Below are positions 12,501 through 25,400 of a stretch of DNA of 60,000 bases, one piece after another (position 1 is the stretch's first letter; the number at the start of each line of letters is the position of its first letter). Position numbers and translations under genes: made by a program. Under the pieces are notes generated by a model that worked only from the letters and a program-made list of their open reading frames with translations, made no database searches and was not told the origin of the DNA. Source of the DNA: Mobula hypostoma (lineage: Eukaryota); contig NC_086101.1 of the NCBI RefSeq assembly GCF_963921235.1, positions 11,038,001-11,098,000 on the forward strand, written 5' to 3'.

Positions 12501-13880
12501 GCACTTCTTTCACTGCTCTATCGCTCTGGGTCCCATCCCCCTCGCAAATTAGTTTAAACCCTCCCGAACCATGCTAGCAAACCTACCTGCAAGGATATTG
12601 CTCCCCCTCGAGTTCAGGTGCAACCCATCCAATCAGTACTGGTCCCACCTTCCCCAGAAGAGATCCCAATGATCCAAAAATCTAATACCCTGCTCCCTGC
12701 ACCAACTCCTCAGCCACGCATTCAACTGCCATCTCCTCCAATTCTTACCATCTCTGTCACATAGCACTGGCAGCAATCCTGAGAACGCCACCCTTGAGGT
12801 CCTGTTCTTCAGCCTTCTGCCTAATTCCTGAAACTCACACTTCAGGACCTCATCCTTCTTCCTGCCTATGTCGTTGGTCCCAACATGTATCACGACTTCT
12901 GGTTGCTTTCCCTCTCGTACCAGGATATCGTGCACTCGGTCAGAGACATCCCGGACCCTGGCACCCAGGAGGCAACAAACCATGCGGGTGTCCTTCTCAC
13001 ATCCACAAAATCTCCTGTCTGCTCCCCTGACTATGGAGTCTCCAATGACAACAGGTCTCCTCTTCTCCGTCCCATCCTTCTGCACCACAGGGTCAGACTC
13101 AGTGCCAGAGGCCCTGCCACCGTGGCTCACACCTGGTCAGTCGTCCCCGCCAACAGGATCCAGGATGGTAAACTTATTATTCAGGGGAATGTTACTGGGG
13201 TGCTCTGCACTACCTGTCTGCTCACCTCCGCTTTCCCCCCTCTGACTGTCACCCAATGACCTGTTTCCGGCAGCCTTGGTGTTGCTACCTCTCTGTAGCT
13301 CTCATCTATGACTACCTCATTCTCCCTTATGATTCGAAGGTCATTCAGCTCCAGATTCCTTACACAGTCTTCCAGATCGCCCAGCCGTATGCACTTCTAG
13401 CAGATGTGATTCTGCGGGAGAGGGGAGTTCCCCCAAGTCTGCCACATCTCACATGAGAGGCACATCACCATCTCAGGAGACATTGTAAGGACTAACTGTG
13501 AGCAAGCTTGTCCTCCACCTCTTCTTGTCGAAGCCTCTCGAGTCAAAGCCTCAAAGCTCCACTCCTTCACTGGCCCACTCACTCACTGGCCGCTCCACTT
13601 GAGCTATCCCTCTATTTATCTGTTTGAGCTTTTCAAAATGCTTGGTCACCTGACCTCGATTGCCCAATCAGCTGCTTTCTGCTGAGTCTGAGCTATTCAA
13701 ATCTTGACTGTCTAATCAACAGCTTTCTGCTGATCTATTCAAATCTTGATTGACTTGATTGCACAGACTAACTGCCAAAACTGCCAGAATCTCTCGAGTC
13801 AAAGCCTCAAAGCTCCACTCCTTCACTGGCCCACTCACTCACTGGCCGCTTTCCACAGGCCTCACTCACTGGACGCTTTC
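9555..13880 (-). mobile_element. Near full-length CR1 LINE (ORF1 zinc finger plus SGNH esterase; ORF2 APE plus RT), frameshifted
   Basis: CxxC..HxC (13397-13582); VVIGDSIVR/HVGTND esterase (12633-13130); APE NARS/TETW/GDFN/SDH (11242-12513); RT GVPQGS/FADD; TTCTATG tail at ~9555-9577. Confidence 0.93.
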
Positions 13881-13901
13881 CATCTATCTCACAAATTAAT
13901 T

Positions 13902-15885
13902 CATAGAAACATAGAAAACCTACAGCACAATACATGCCCTTTGGCCCACAAAGTTGTGCCGAACATGTCCCTATTTTAGAAATTACTAGGCTTACCTATA
14001 GCCCTCCATTTTTCTAAGCTCCATGTATCTATCCAAAAGTCTCTTAAAAGACCCTATTGTATCTGCCTCCACCACCATTGCTGGCAGCCCATTCCATGCT
14101 CTCACCACTCTCTGAGTAAAAAACTTGACCCTGACATCTCCTCTGTACCTATTTCCAAGCACCTTAAACCTGTGTCCTCTTGTGGCAGCCATTTCAGCCC
14201 TGGAAAAAAGCCTCTGACTATCCACACGATCAATGCCTCTCATCATCTTATACACCTCTATCAGGTCACCACACATCCTCCGTCGCTCCAAGGAGGAAAG
14301 GCCGAGTTCACTCAACCTATTTTCAAGAGGCATGCTCACCAATCCAGGCAACATCCTTGTAAATCTCCCCTGCACCCTTTCTATGGCTTCCACATCCTTC
14401 CCATAGTGAGATGACCAGAACCAAGCACAGTACTCCAAGTGGGGTCCGACCAGGGTCCTATAGAGCTGCAACATTACCTCTCGGCTCCTAAATTCAATTC
14501 CATGATAGATGAAGGCCAATACACCGTATGCCTTCTTAACCACAGAGTCAACTTGCGTAGCTGCTTTGAGTGTCCTATGGACTCGGACCCCAAGATCCCT
14601 CTGATCCTCCAGACTGCCAAGAGTCTTATTGATACTATATTCTGCCATCATATTTGTCCTACCAAAATGAACCATTACACATTTATCTGGGTTGAACTCC
14701 ATGCACCACTTCTTGGCCCAGTTTTGCATCCTGTCAATGTCCCGTTGTAACCTCTGACAGCCCTCCATACTATCCACAACACTTCCAACTTTTGTGTCAT
14801 CAGCAAATTTACTAACCCATTCCTCCACTTCCTCATCCAGGTCATTTATAAAAATCACGAAGAGTAACGGTCCCAGAACAGATCCCTGAGGCACACCACT
14901 GGTCACCGACCTCCATGCAGAATATGACCCGTATACAACGACTCTTTGCCTTCTGTGGGCAAGCCAGTTCTGGATCCACAAAGCAATGTCCCCCTGGATC
15001 CCATGCCTCCTTACTTTCTCAATAAGCCATTGATGGGGTACCTTATCAAATGCCTTGCTGAAATCCATACACACGACATCTACTTCATCAATGTGTTCAG
15101 TCACATCCTCAAAAAATTTAACCAGGCTCATAAGGCATGATCTACCCTTGACAAAGCCATGCTGACTCTTCCTAATCATATTATACCTCTCCAAATGTTC
15201 ATAAATCCTGCCTCTCAGGATCTTCTCCATCAACTTACCAACCACTGAGGTAAGACTCACTGGTCTATAATTTCCTGGGCTATCTCTACTCCCTTTCTTG
15301 AATAAAGGAACAATATCTGCAACCCTCCAATCTTCCGGAACCTCTCCCATCCCCACTAATGATGCAAAGATCATCACCAGAGGCTCGGCAATCTCCTCCC
15401 TCACCTCCCACAGTAGCTTGGGGTACATCCCATCCAGTCTCAGCGACTTATCCAACTTGATACCTTCCAAAATCTCCAGCACATCCTTTTTAATATCTAC
15501 ATGCACAAGCTTTTCAGCCTGCTGCAAGTCATCAGTACAATCACCAAGATCCTTTTCCACAGTGAATACTGAAGTAAAGTTTTCATTAAGTACCTCTGCT
15601 ATTTCCTCCGTTTCCATACATACTTTCCCACTGTCACACTTGATAGGTCCTATTCTTTCACGTCTTATCCTCTTGCTCTTCACATACTTGTAGAATGCCT
15701 TGGGGTTTTCCTTAATCCTGTCTGCCAAGGCCTTCTCATGGCCCCTTCTGGCTCTCCTAATTTCCCTTCTTCAGCATCTTCCTATTAACCTTATAATCTT
15801 ACAGATCTCTAACGTTACCTAGCTCTCTGAACCTTTTGTAAGCTTTTCTTTTCTTCTTGACTAGATTTATTACAGCCTTTGTACA
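13902..15885 (-). mobile_element. 5'-truncated CR1 LINE
   Basis: 578-aa open RT frame 13992..15728 (NYRPVSLTS, GVPQGS, KFADD); TTTCTATG tail. Confidence 0.93.
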
Positions 15886-16136
15886 TAAATCTATAAATTC
15901 ATATAAATGTCAGCAATTTATAGTTTTTAACCAAATAAGAGGCACTTGAAATTTTTTTGTAATTACAGACACCTATAATCTCGCTTTCAAGGATAGGAAT
16001 GGGACAATCATTCATTGCAATTAAGTAGTGTGGACAATTTCATAAGATAATGAATATAAAATGCTTCATCTTCTGATTCCATGTGTCTACTCTGTGAGAT
16101 AAAGAGCATCATTAAACAAGATTTTGTGATAATTAC

Positions 16137-16194
16137 CTTGGAGTGAGATGAGAATCTCGTTCAGTAACAGTAGAGTGCAGTGAATCACTCTCAT
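16137..16194 (-). CDS. Signal-peptide exon (coding part) of the butyrophilin-like gene
   Basis: ATG at 16194 gives MRVIHCTLLLLNEILISLQ plus G|GTAATT, a phase-1 donor in frame with the IgV exon (LQG-DFILLV). Upstream pyrimidine tract and acceptor ctctcccAG (16225-16224) define an 87-nt exon. Linkage is inferred from phase and hydrophobicity. Confidence 0.78.
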
Positions 16195-16909
16195 CTCAGC
16201 AGAAGAGTCGAGGGGCTGAGAAGCTGGGAGAGGGGGAGGGGTTGTGGAGAGGGGAGGGGGAGGGGTTGTGGGGAGGGCGAGGAGTTGTGGGGAGGGGGAG
16301 GAGTTGTGGGGAGGGGGAGGGAGAGAAAGAGAGAGAGAGATGTTAGTCCTGTCATTTGAGGGAAGCTATGAGCATCCCCTCCCCCACTGTCCTCAGCACC
16401 AAATGTTCACCAACCCCACTCCCAATAACCTGAGAAAAAATGTCCTTGGCCTCTCCACACAAGGTGGGAACAAGTTACTGGGCAAAGGAGCACCAGGTTC
16501 AGCACTGAGCCCCCACCTCACTTCAGAAATGTAGGGAACATTTCTCACCAACAAACTTGTATTAAAATAGTGAAATTATTGTCAAGGTTTCAATAATTAG
16601 ATTAGTAAAATGTATTTACATACTCCAGAACAGTATAATCTTCAGTAATATAAATGTACAATCATCACAGTGTCATATTAGTAAAAATATTGTTCCTGTG
16701 CATGTTTAAACCAGCTGTTCCCAAAGATTAAACAATGCTCTGATCATCGCTGGCAAGTCCAATGGGAATTGTAGTTGGGAAACGTTGCTGATGTGCTGTC
16801 AGGAAGTTTGGGATTCCTGTTCCCTCATGTGTGGAGAGTTTATTCATCATATATGCCGTAAGAGCACTAGGTCCTTTTAACTACCATATTTTATTGACTC
16901 TGATAGATC

Positions 16910-17200
16910 TACAAAATGGAACAGAATGCAAACAGGCCAGCTGGTCCACAAAATTTGTGTTAACGCCAAACACCCTCATTCATTTTATTCTCCTCACATT
17001 CACATCAACTCCCCAAATGTTCCCCTGGTCATTACAGTATTTACAGCAACCAATTAGCCTACCACTCTGAGAGTTTGTGGGATCCATGAGGAAACTAAGC
17101 ATGCAGGGCAATCCTGCAACAGTCACAGAGAAAATGTGTAAATTCCACAAACAAGACCTGAGGTCAGGATTACAACATGGTCATTTAAACCCTGAACCAA
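16910..17200 (-). mobile_element. Degenerate V-SINE (HE1-like)
   Basis: Diverged reverse-complement similarity to the V-SINE core at 48308-48580. Confidence 0.5.
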
Positions 17201-17689
17201 TAATACTATAAAAGCCACAAAGTTTGTCATGACCAACATATGCAGCAAGATTTCTCACAAAGGGCCGCAAGTGATCGAGCCACTGAAAAATCCGGCTGTA
17301 AACAGTGGCAGAGTACAATCAACACTTCCACTGTCAAAAATTGCACTTAATGTATTCTGTGTTATTTCTTGCTTTCCATAAAACATACACAAGGGGAAAT
17401 TCCGCCAAAGTTTAAACAAATGGCCAAGTATTGATTAACTCCAGAAGAGCTAAGTGCACTCTAGGCTTTTAATACATGGCAAAGAATAAAGGGTAAAATT
17501 GTGGAAACAAAAGAGAACTTGGACAAAATTGTTCATTTCAACAACACTGTTGTTCAGACGTGGGAAATTATATATTTTGGTGTATATCAAATTTCTGAAG
17601 AATTCAGAAGGCCAGACAACATTTACAAAGAAAAAGAGTCAATATTTTGGGCAAGGACCTTTCATCAGATTGGCAAAAATAAGATGACA

Positions 17690-18850
17690 ATTTTGCATTA
17701 AGTTGCAAAGTCCTGTACAGTGGAGAGAAGGTATAATGACTGTGATAGTGTGCAGATAAGGGTTGTTATCAGAACTATTACTGAAAAAAACAGTTAATAC
17801 TGTCAAAAGGGAGAGAAACACCAGCGTTAAGTTCCCGATGGCTGATATGAATGAGGAGTACCTGTATGATAATGATGAGGAGCTGTGCCTAGATTCACAG
17901 AGCAGCATCATTGAGGTAATCTGGGAGACTGAAAACATAGAAACCAGAGGGGCAGGGTACTAATCTGGGTTCACATTAAACTCAAAAATTTAAAGGATTT
18001 CAATGTAAAGATCCATGTGGAAGTAGAAGCTACTCACACCTTCCACAAGACCCAAACTCTTCTCCAGATCTCAAACGAAGCAGTTGTGCATGAACTGGGC
18101 TGTCTGAAGAGACATGGTATTCTGTCCCAAGCTGAGCTGTGATTGGGTTGCTCCCATTTCCAGTCATTCCAAAACAGGGTGAAACAGAGATGCAGTGGGA
18201 CTAAGTTGCTACATGAATGTTCATACACATAACTCAATTTTAATGCAACCTTGACGGGCAAATGGATTCAGTAAGATGAATTTATCCTTACTAAACAGCT
18301 GATTGTCCTGAATCCAGTGACTGGCATGTCTCACAATTAACACACACAAAGGGCGTGTGGATGTTAAACAGCACCAGAATTTATGCCAATTTCCACAAAT
18401 ATTAAAGCATTACATAGCCTGTCAAACTGATGCAACAGATGAGATTTTGGATCAGCTCATTATGTTCTTTGCTTTATCTGTGAAATCCTGGTTTCAGTAT
18501 GGAGCTACCAGGAGTAGTGATGGTCAGAATGTAGCCTTAATGGAATCAGCGTCAGCATGCAAAATGCCAATTTCCACAAATATTAAAGCATTACATGGCC
18601 TGTCAAACTGATGCTGGAGTTCAAGGCCTCAGAACAAAGTTGATGCAATTATCAAAGTACCACCTTCAGCTGATGCAGTGGAACTCAGGTCAGTCTTGAT
18701 TTTGTTGTATTATTAGATGTCAACCTTCATGCAACTATTTCAGGGGTCAACATGACCAGAGGCCAGATAGAATTGGTCTCCGGCATTGCAGAAAAGCACT
18801 AACTTTTACAGGTGACTGGCGCACTACAGTTCAGAGACGTATTGCTAAGG
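17690..18850 (+). mobile_element. Highly decayed Gypsy-type LTR retrotransposon pol relic
   Basis: Residual motifs resembling 'V..EL..L...GILS...DW..PI' (~18080-18160) and 'ELRS.L..V.YY' (~18680-18718); many stops and frameshifts. Confidence 0.45.
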
Positions 18851-19368
18851 TCATCAACAAGCAAATTTCCCTAAGAAAAAATATGGAATCATTTCCTTCA
18901 GAAAGCTTAGATTTAAACTCAATAGGGAAGTCCAATATTCTGAGCTATGACTTTTTGATAAGAAGGATCAGCAATTTACAGATCATGACTATCCAGTGGG
19001 TTTCTCCATTTGGACTCTCTGAGGTTGAGGAAACAGTTACTGAGTATCACCCTCGTATTTCAGACAACTCTTGACCATGACTAGATCAAGATGGAGAATT
19101 TGAGAGTCAGTGTTTTGTCAAGCTGCTGAAAATCCACCTCTCCAAAGCCCCTCCATGTGTGGAACTGCCTGCAGACAAACAATGTCTGCTGGTCACAATT
19201 TGTGTCCACTCAAAATGTCTGGAAATGCTTCCCACAGAGTGACTGTGACTAACAGGACTGTGAGTCCTGGGAGACAATTGCTTGCATCTTTTAGATTATA
19301 AAGAGTAATGGGTTGCTTGGTAGGTTAAACACAGAAACACAGAAACATAGAAAACCTACAGCACAATA

Positions 19369-19965
19369 ATATCAAAGAGGATACTAAAAGCTTTTTCAAG
19401 TACATAAAGAGTAAAAGACAGGTGAGAGTAGATATAGGACTGATAGAAAATGATGCTGGAGAAATTGTGATGGGAGAGAAGGAGATGGCGGAGGAACTGA
19501 ACGAGTATTTTGCATCAGTCTTCACTGAGGAAGACATCGGCAGTATACCGGACACTCAAGGTTGGCAGGGAAGAGAAGTGTGCGCAGTCACAATTACGAC
19601 AGAGAAAGTACTCAGGAAGCTGAATAGCCTAAAGGTAGATAAATCTCCCGGACCAGATGGAACGCACCTTCGTGTCCTGAAGGAAGTAGCTGTGGAGATT
19701 GCGGAGGCATTAGCGATGATCTTTCAGAAGTCCATAAGACCATAAGACAGAGGAGCAGAAGTAGGCCATTCAGCCCATCAAGTCTGCTCCGCCATTTTAT
19801 CATGAGCTGATCCATTTTCTCCTATTTAGTCCCACTGCCCCGCCTTCTCACCATAACCTTTGATGCCCTGGCTACTCAGGTACCTATCAATCTCTGCCTT
19901 AAATACACCCAATGACTTGGCCTCCACTGCTGCCCGTGGCAACAAATTCCATAGATTCACCACCT
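19369..19965. mobile_element. Two CR1 fragments of other subfamilies (plus 19369-19732; minus 3' end 19733-19965)
   Basis: LNEYFASVFT...KSPGPDG on plus; cataagac tail and ORF2 C-terminus on minus. Confidence 0.75.
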
Positions 19966-22490
19966 TCCTGTAGTGCGGTGACCAGAATTGAACACAGTAC
20001 TCCAAGTGGGGTCTGACCAGGGTCCAAAAGAGCTGCAACATTACCTCTCGGTTCTTAAACTCAATCCCACGATTGATGAAGGCCAATGCACCATATGCCT
20101 TCTTAACCACAGAGTCAACCTGCGTAGCAGCTTTGAGTGTCCTATGGACTCGGACCCCAAGATCCCTATAATCCTCCACACTGCCAAGAGTCTTGCCATT
20201 AATACTATATTCTGCCACTATATTGGACCTACCAAAATGAACCACCTCACACTTATCTGGGTTGAACTCCATCTGCCACTTCTCAGCCCAGTTTTGCATC
20301 CTATGAATGTCCTGTTGTAACCTCTGACAGCCCTCCACACTATCCACAACACCCCCAACCTTTGTGTCATCAGCAAAATTACTAACCCATCCCTCCACTT
20401 TCTCATCCATGTAATTTATAAAAATCACAAAGAGTAGGGGTCCCAGAACAGATCCCTGAGGCACACCACTGGTCACCGACCTTCATGCAGAAAATGATCC
20501 GTCTACAATCACTCTTTAACTTCCGTGGGCAAGCCAGTTCTGGATACACAAAACAATGTCCCCTTGGATCCCATGCCTCCTTACTTTCTCAATAAGCCTT
20601 GCATGGGGTACCTTATCAAATGCCTTGCTAATATCCAGATACACTAGATCTACTGCTCTACCTTCATCAATGTGTTTTGTCACATCCTCAAAAAATTCAA
20701 TCAGGCTCATAAGGCACAACCTGCCTTTGACAAAGCCATACTGACTATTCCTAATCATATTATGCCTCTCCAAACTGTCATAAATCCTGCCTCTCAGGAT
20801 CTTCTCCATCAACTTACCAACCACTGAAGGAAGACTCACTGGTCCATAATTTCCTGAGCTATCTGTACTCCCTTCATTGAATAAGGGAACAACATCTACA
20901 AGCCTCCAATCTTCCAGAACTTCTGCCTTCCTCATTGATGATGCAAAGATCATTGCGAGAGGCTCATCAATCTCCTCCCTCGCTTCCCACAGTAGCCTGG
21001 GGTACATCCAATCGAGTCCCAGTGACTTACCCAACTTGATGCTTTCCAAAAGCTCCAGCACATCCTCTTTCTTAATATCTACATGCTGAAGCTTTTCAGT
21101 CCAGTGTAAGTCATCCCTACAGTCGCCAAGATCCTTTTCCATAGTGAATACTTCAGCAAAGTATTCATTAAATACCTCCGGTTCCATACACTCTTTTCCA
21201 CTGTCACACTTGATTGGTCCTATTCTCTCATATCTTATCCTCTTGCTCTTCACATACTTGTAAAGTGCCTTGGGGCTTTTGTTAATCCTGTCCACCAAGG
21301 CCTTCTCATGGCCCCTTTTGGCTCTCTTAATTTCATTCTTAAACTCCTTCCTGCTTGCCTTATAATCTTCTAGATTCCTTTCATTACCTAGGTTTTTGAA
21401 CCTCTTGTAGTCTCTTCTTTTCTTCTTGACTGGATTTACAACAGCCTTTGTGCACCATGGATGTTGTACCCTACCATCCTTTCCATGTCTCATTGGAACG
21501 TAACTACTCAGAACCCCACGCAAATATCCCCCCAAACAACACACACAAAATGCTAGTAGAACACAGCAGGCCAGGCAGCATCCATAGGAAGAGGTAGAGT
21601 CGACGTTTCGGGCCAAGACCTTTCGTCAGGACTAACTGAAAGAAGAGATAGTAAGAGATTTGAAAGAGGGAGGGGGAGGGGTAGATCCGAAATGATGGGA
21701 GAAGACAGGAGGGGAAAGGATGGAGCTAAGAGCTGGAAAGTTGATTGGCAAAAGGGAATCAAAGCTGGAGACATGGGAGAAAGAAAGGGGGAGTGGAGAA
21801 CCAGAGGAAGATGGAGAGAGGCAAGGAGTGATTGTGACAGGGAAAGAGAGAGAAAAAACAGTGGCGGGGGGCGGGGGGGAGAGGAATAATAAATAAATAT
21901 ATATATATATAAATATGGGATGCGGTGAGAAGGGGAGGAGTGGCATTAACAGAAGTTAGAGAAATCAATGTTCATGCCATCAGGTTGGAGGCTACCCAGA
22001 TGTTGTTCCTCCAATCTGAGTGTGGGGGCTTCATCTTGACAATAGAGGAGGCCATGGATGGACATATCAGAATGGGATTGGGATGTGAAATTAAAATGTG
22101 TGGACAGTGGGAGATCCTGCTTCCTCTGGTGGACAGAGCGTAGGTGTTCGGCAAAGCGGTCTCCCAGTCTGCGTCGGGTTTCGCCAATATATAGAAGGCT
22201 GCACCGCGAGGACCGGACGCAGTATATCACACCAGCCGATTCACAGGTGAAGTGTTGCCTCACCTGGAAGGACTGTCTGGGGCACTGAATAGTAGTGAGG
22301 GAGGGCGTGTCAGGGCATGTGTAGCACTTACTCCGCTTACAAGGATAAGTGTTGGGAGGGAGCTCGGTGAGAAGGGATGGGGGGGACGAATGGACAAGGG
22401 AGTCGGATAGGGAGCAATCCCTGTGGAAAGCAGAAGGGGGGGAAGGAAAGATTTGTTTGGTGGTGGGATCCCGTTGGAGGTGGTGGAAGT

Positions 22491-25400
22491 TCTTTCTTTT
22501 ACAATCTTTTTATTAAGTTTCAAAATTAAACATAACAATAATAGTAATGATACATAGAGATCGGGATTACAATAATAACAGGTAACATATACAAGCACAA
22601 ATTCCAAGTAGCAAATATAGTTTAACCTCTCAATCTCATAGTAATTGACCATGAAAAAGATATTTTATAAAGAGAGAAAAGAAAACCCCGTAAACTAAAA
22701 AGAAACAAACAAAGCTTCCGCTGATATCACATCGGCTAAAATTATTTGTCGTTAACTCCACTCCTCTATACATGAAAAAAAATTACGACAAAGGATTCAG
22801 AAAGGGTCAACTTACATGATATGAAAATATTGATTAAATGGCCTCCAAGTCTCTTCAAATTTAACCGAAGGAGCCATAGTACCGCACCCAATTTTTTCCA
22901 AGTTTAGTCATGCTATCGTTTGGGAAAACCATTGAAATGTAGTGGGGGAATTAGAATCTTTCCATTTAAATAAAATGGATCTTCTGGCTACTAATGTAAC
23001 AAATGCAAATAGACGACAAGCTGACGTGGATAAACAACTAGAGTCTATCACTGGTAGTCCAAAAATTGCAGTAATAGGATGAGGTTGTAAATCAATTCGC
23101 AGAACTACTGAAATGATATCAAAAATATCTTTCCAATATTTTTCTAAAAGAGGACAAGACCAGAACATACGGGTCAAGAAAATACTTAAGAAAGAAATCA
23201 GGAGGGCTAAAAGAAGACATGAGGTTGCCTTGGCAGTCAAAGTGAAGGATAATCCAAAGAGCTTTTACAAGTATATTAAGAGCAAAAGGATTGTAAGGGA
23301 TAAAATTGGTCCTCTTGAAGATCAGAGTGGTCGGCTATGTGCGGAACCAAAAGAAATGGGGGAGATCTTAAATAGGTTTTTTGCGTCTGTATTTACTAAG
23401 GAAATTGGCATGAAGTCTATGGAATTGAGGGAATCAAGTAGTGAGATCATGGAAACGGTACAGATTGAAAAGGAGGAGGTGCTTGCTGTCTTGAGGAAAA
23501 TTAAAGTGGATAAATCCCCGGGACCTGACAGAGTGTTCCCTCGGACCTTGAAGGAGACTAGTGTTGAAATTGCGGGGGCCCTGGCAGAAATATTTAAAAT
23601 GTCGCTGTCTATGGGGGAAGTGCCGGAGGATTGGAGAGTGGCTCATGTTGTTCCGTTGTTTAAAAAAGGATCGAAAAGTAATCCGGGAAATTATAGGCCG
23701 GTGAGTTTAACGTTGGTAGTAGGTAAGTTATTGGAGGGAGTACTAAGAGACAGAATCTACAAGTATTTGGATAGACAGGGACTTATTAGGGAGAGTCAAC
23801 ATGGCTTTGTGCGTGGTAGGTCATGTTTGACCAAACTATTGGAGTTTTTCGAGGAGGTTACCAGGAAAGTGGATGAAGGGAAGGCAGTGGATATTGTCTA
23901 CATGGACTTCAGTAAGTCCTTTGACAAGGTCCCGCATGGGAGGTTAGTTAGGAAAATTCAGTGGCTAGGTATACATGGAGAGGTGGTAAATTGGATTAGA
24001 CATTGGCTCAATGGAAGAAGCTAAAGAGTGGTGGTAGAGAATTGCTTCTCTGAGTGGAGGTCTGTGACTAGTGGTGTGCCACAGGGATCAGTCTTGGGTC
24101 CATTGTTATTTGTCATCTATATCAATGATCTGGATGATAATGTGGTAAATTGGATCAGCAAATTTGCTGATGATAGAAAGATTGGAGGTGTAGTAGACAG
24201 TGAGGAAGATTTTCAGAGCCTGCAGAGGGACTTGGACCAGCTGGAAAAATGGGCTGAAAAATGGCAAATGGAGTTTAATATAGACAAGTGTGAGGTATTG
24301 CACATTGGAAGGACAAACCAAGGTAGAATATACAGGGTTAATGGTAAGGCACTGAGGAGTGTAGTGGAACAGAGGGATCTGGGAATACAGATACAAAATT
24401 CCCTAAAAGTGGCGTCACAGGTAGATAGGGTCGTAAAGAGAGCTTTTGGTACATTGGCCTTTATTAATCGAAGTATTGAGTATAAGAGCTGGAATGTTAT
24501 GATGAGGTTGTATAAGGCATTGGTGAGGCTGAATCTGGAGTATTGTGTTCAGTTTTGGTCACCAAATTACAGGAAGGATATAAATAAGGTTGAAAGAGTG
24601 CAGAGAAGGTTTACAAGGATGGTGCCAGGACTTGAGAAACTCAGTTACAGAGAAAGGTTGAATAGGTTAGGACTTTATTCCCTGGAGCGTAGAAGAATGA
24701 AGGGTGATTTGATAGAGGTATATAAAATTATGATGGGTATAGATAGAGTGAATGCAAGCAGGCTTTTTCCACTGAGGCAAGGGGAGAAAAAAAACAGAGG
24801 ACATGGGTTAAGGGTGAGGGGGGAAAAGTTTAAAGGGAACATTAGGGGAGGCTTCTTCACACAGAGAGAGGTGGGAGTATGGAATGAGCTGCCAGATGAG
24901 GTGGTAAATGCGGGTTCTTCTTTAACATTTGAGAATAAATTAGACAGATACATGGATGGGAGGTGTATGGAGGGATATGGTCTGTGTGCAGGTCAGTGGG
25001 ATTAGGCAGAAAATGGTTCGGCACAGCCAAGAAGGGCCAAAAGGCCTGTTTCTGTGCTGTAGTTTCTATGGTTTCTATGGTTTCTATGGAAGCTAGCTCA
25101 GAATGGCATCAATCACAAATAGGATTTATGTGGCAATAAAAACGAGCTAATTTATCCCTGGACATATGTGCCCTGTGAACCACCTTAAATTGTATCGAGG
25201 CGTGTCTGGCACACATTGAGGAAGTATTGACTAATTGAAGAATTTTTTCCCATTTCTCTGTAGATAAAGATACTTGAAGTTCTCTTTCCTACTCATACCT
25301 AATTTTATCAGAACTACCTAGAAGTATTTTCATAATCAGATCATAAATAATTACTATTAAACTCTTCTGATAGGGGTTTAAACCTAACATTTTTTCTGTA

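Noticed and set aside
23113..24024. Chimeric ORFs at element junctions (also 19826..20476, 22908..23240, 58643..58861)
   Set aside because: Accidental in-frame joins across insertion boundaries.
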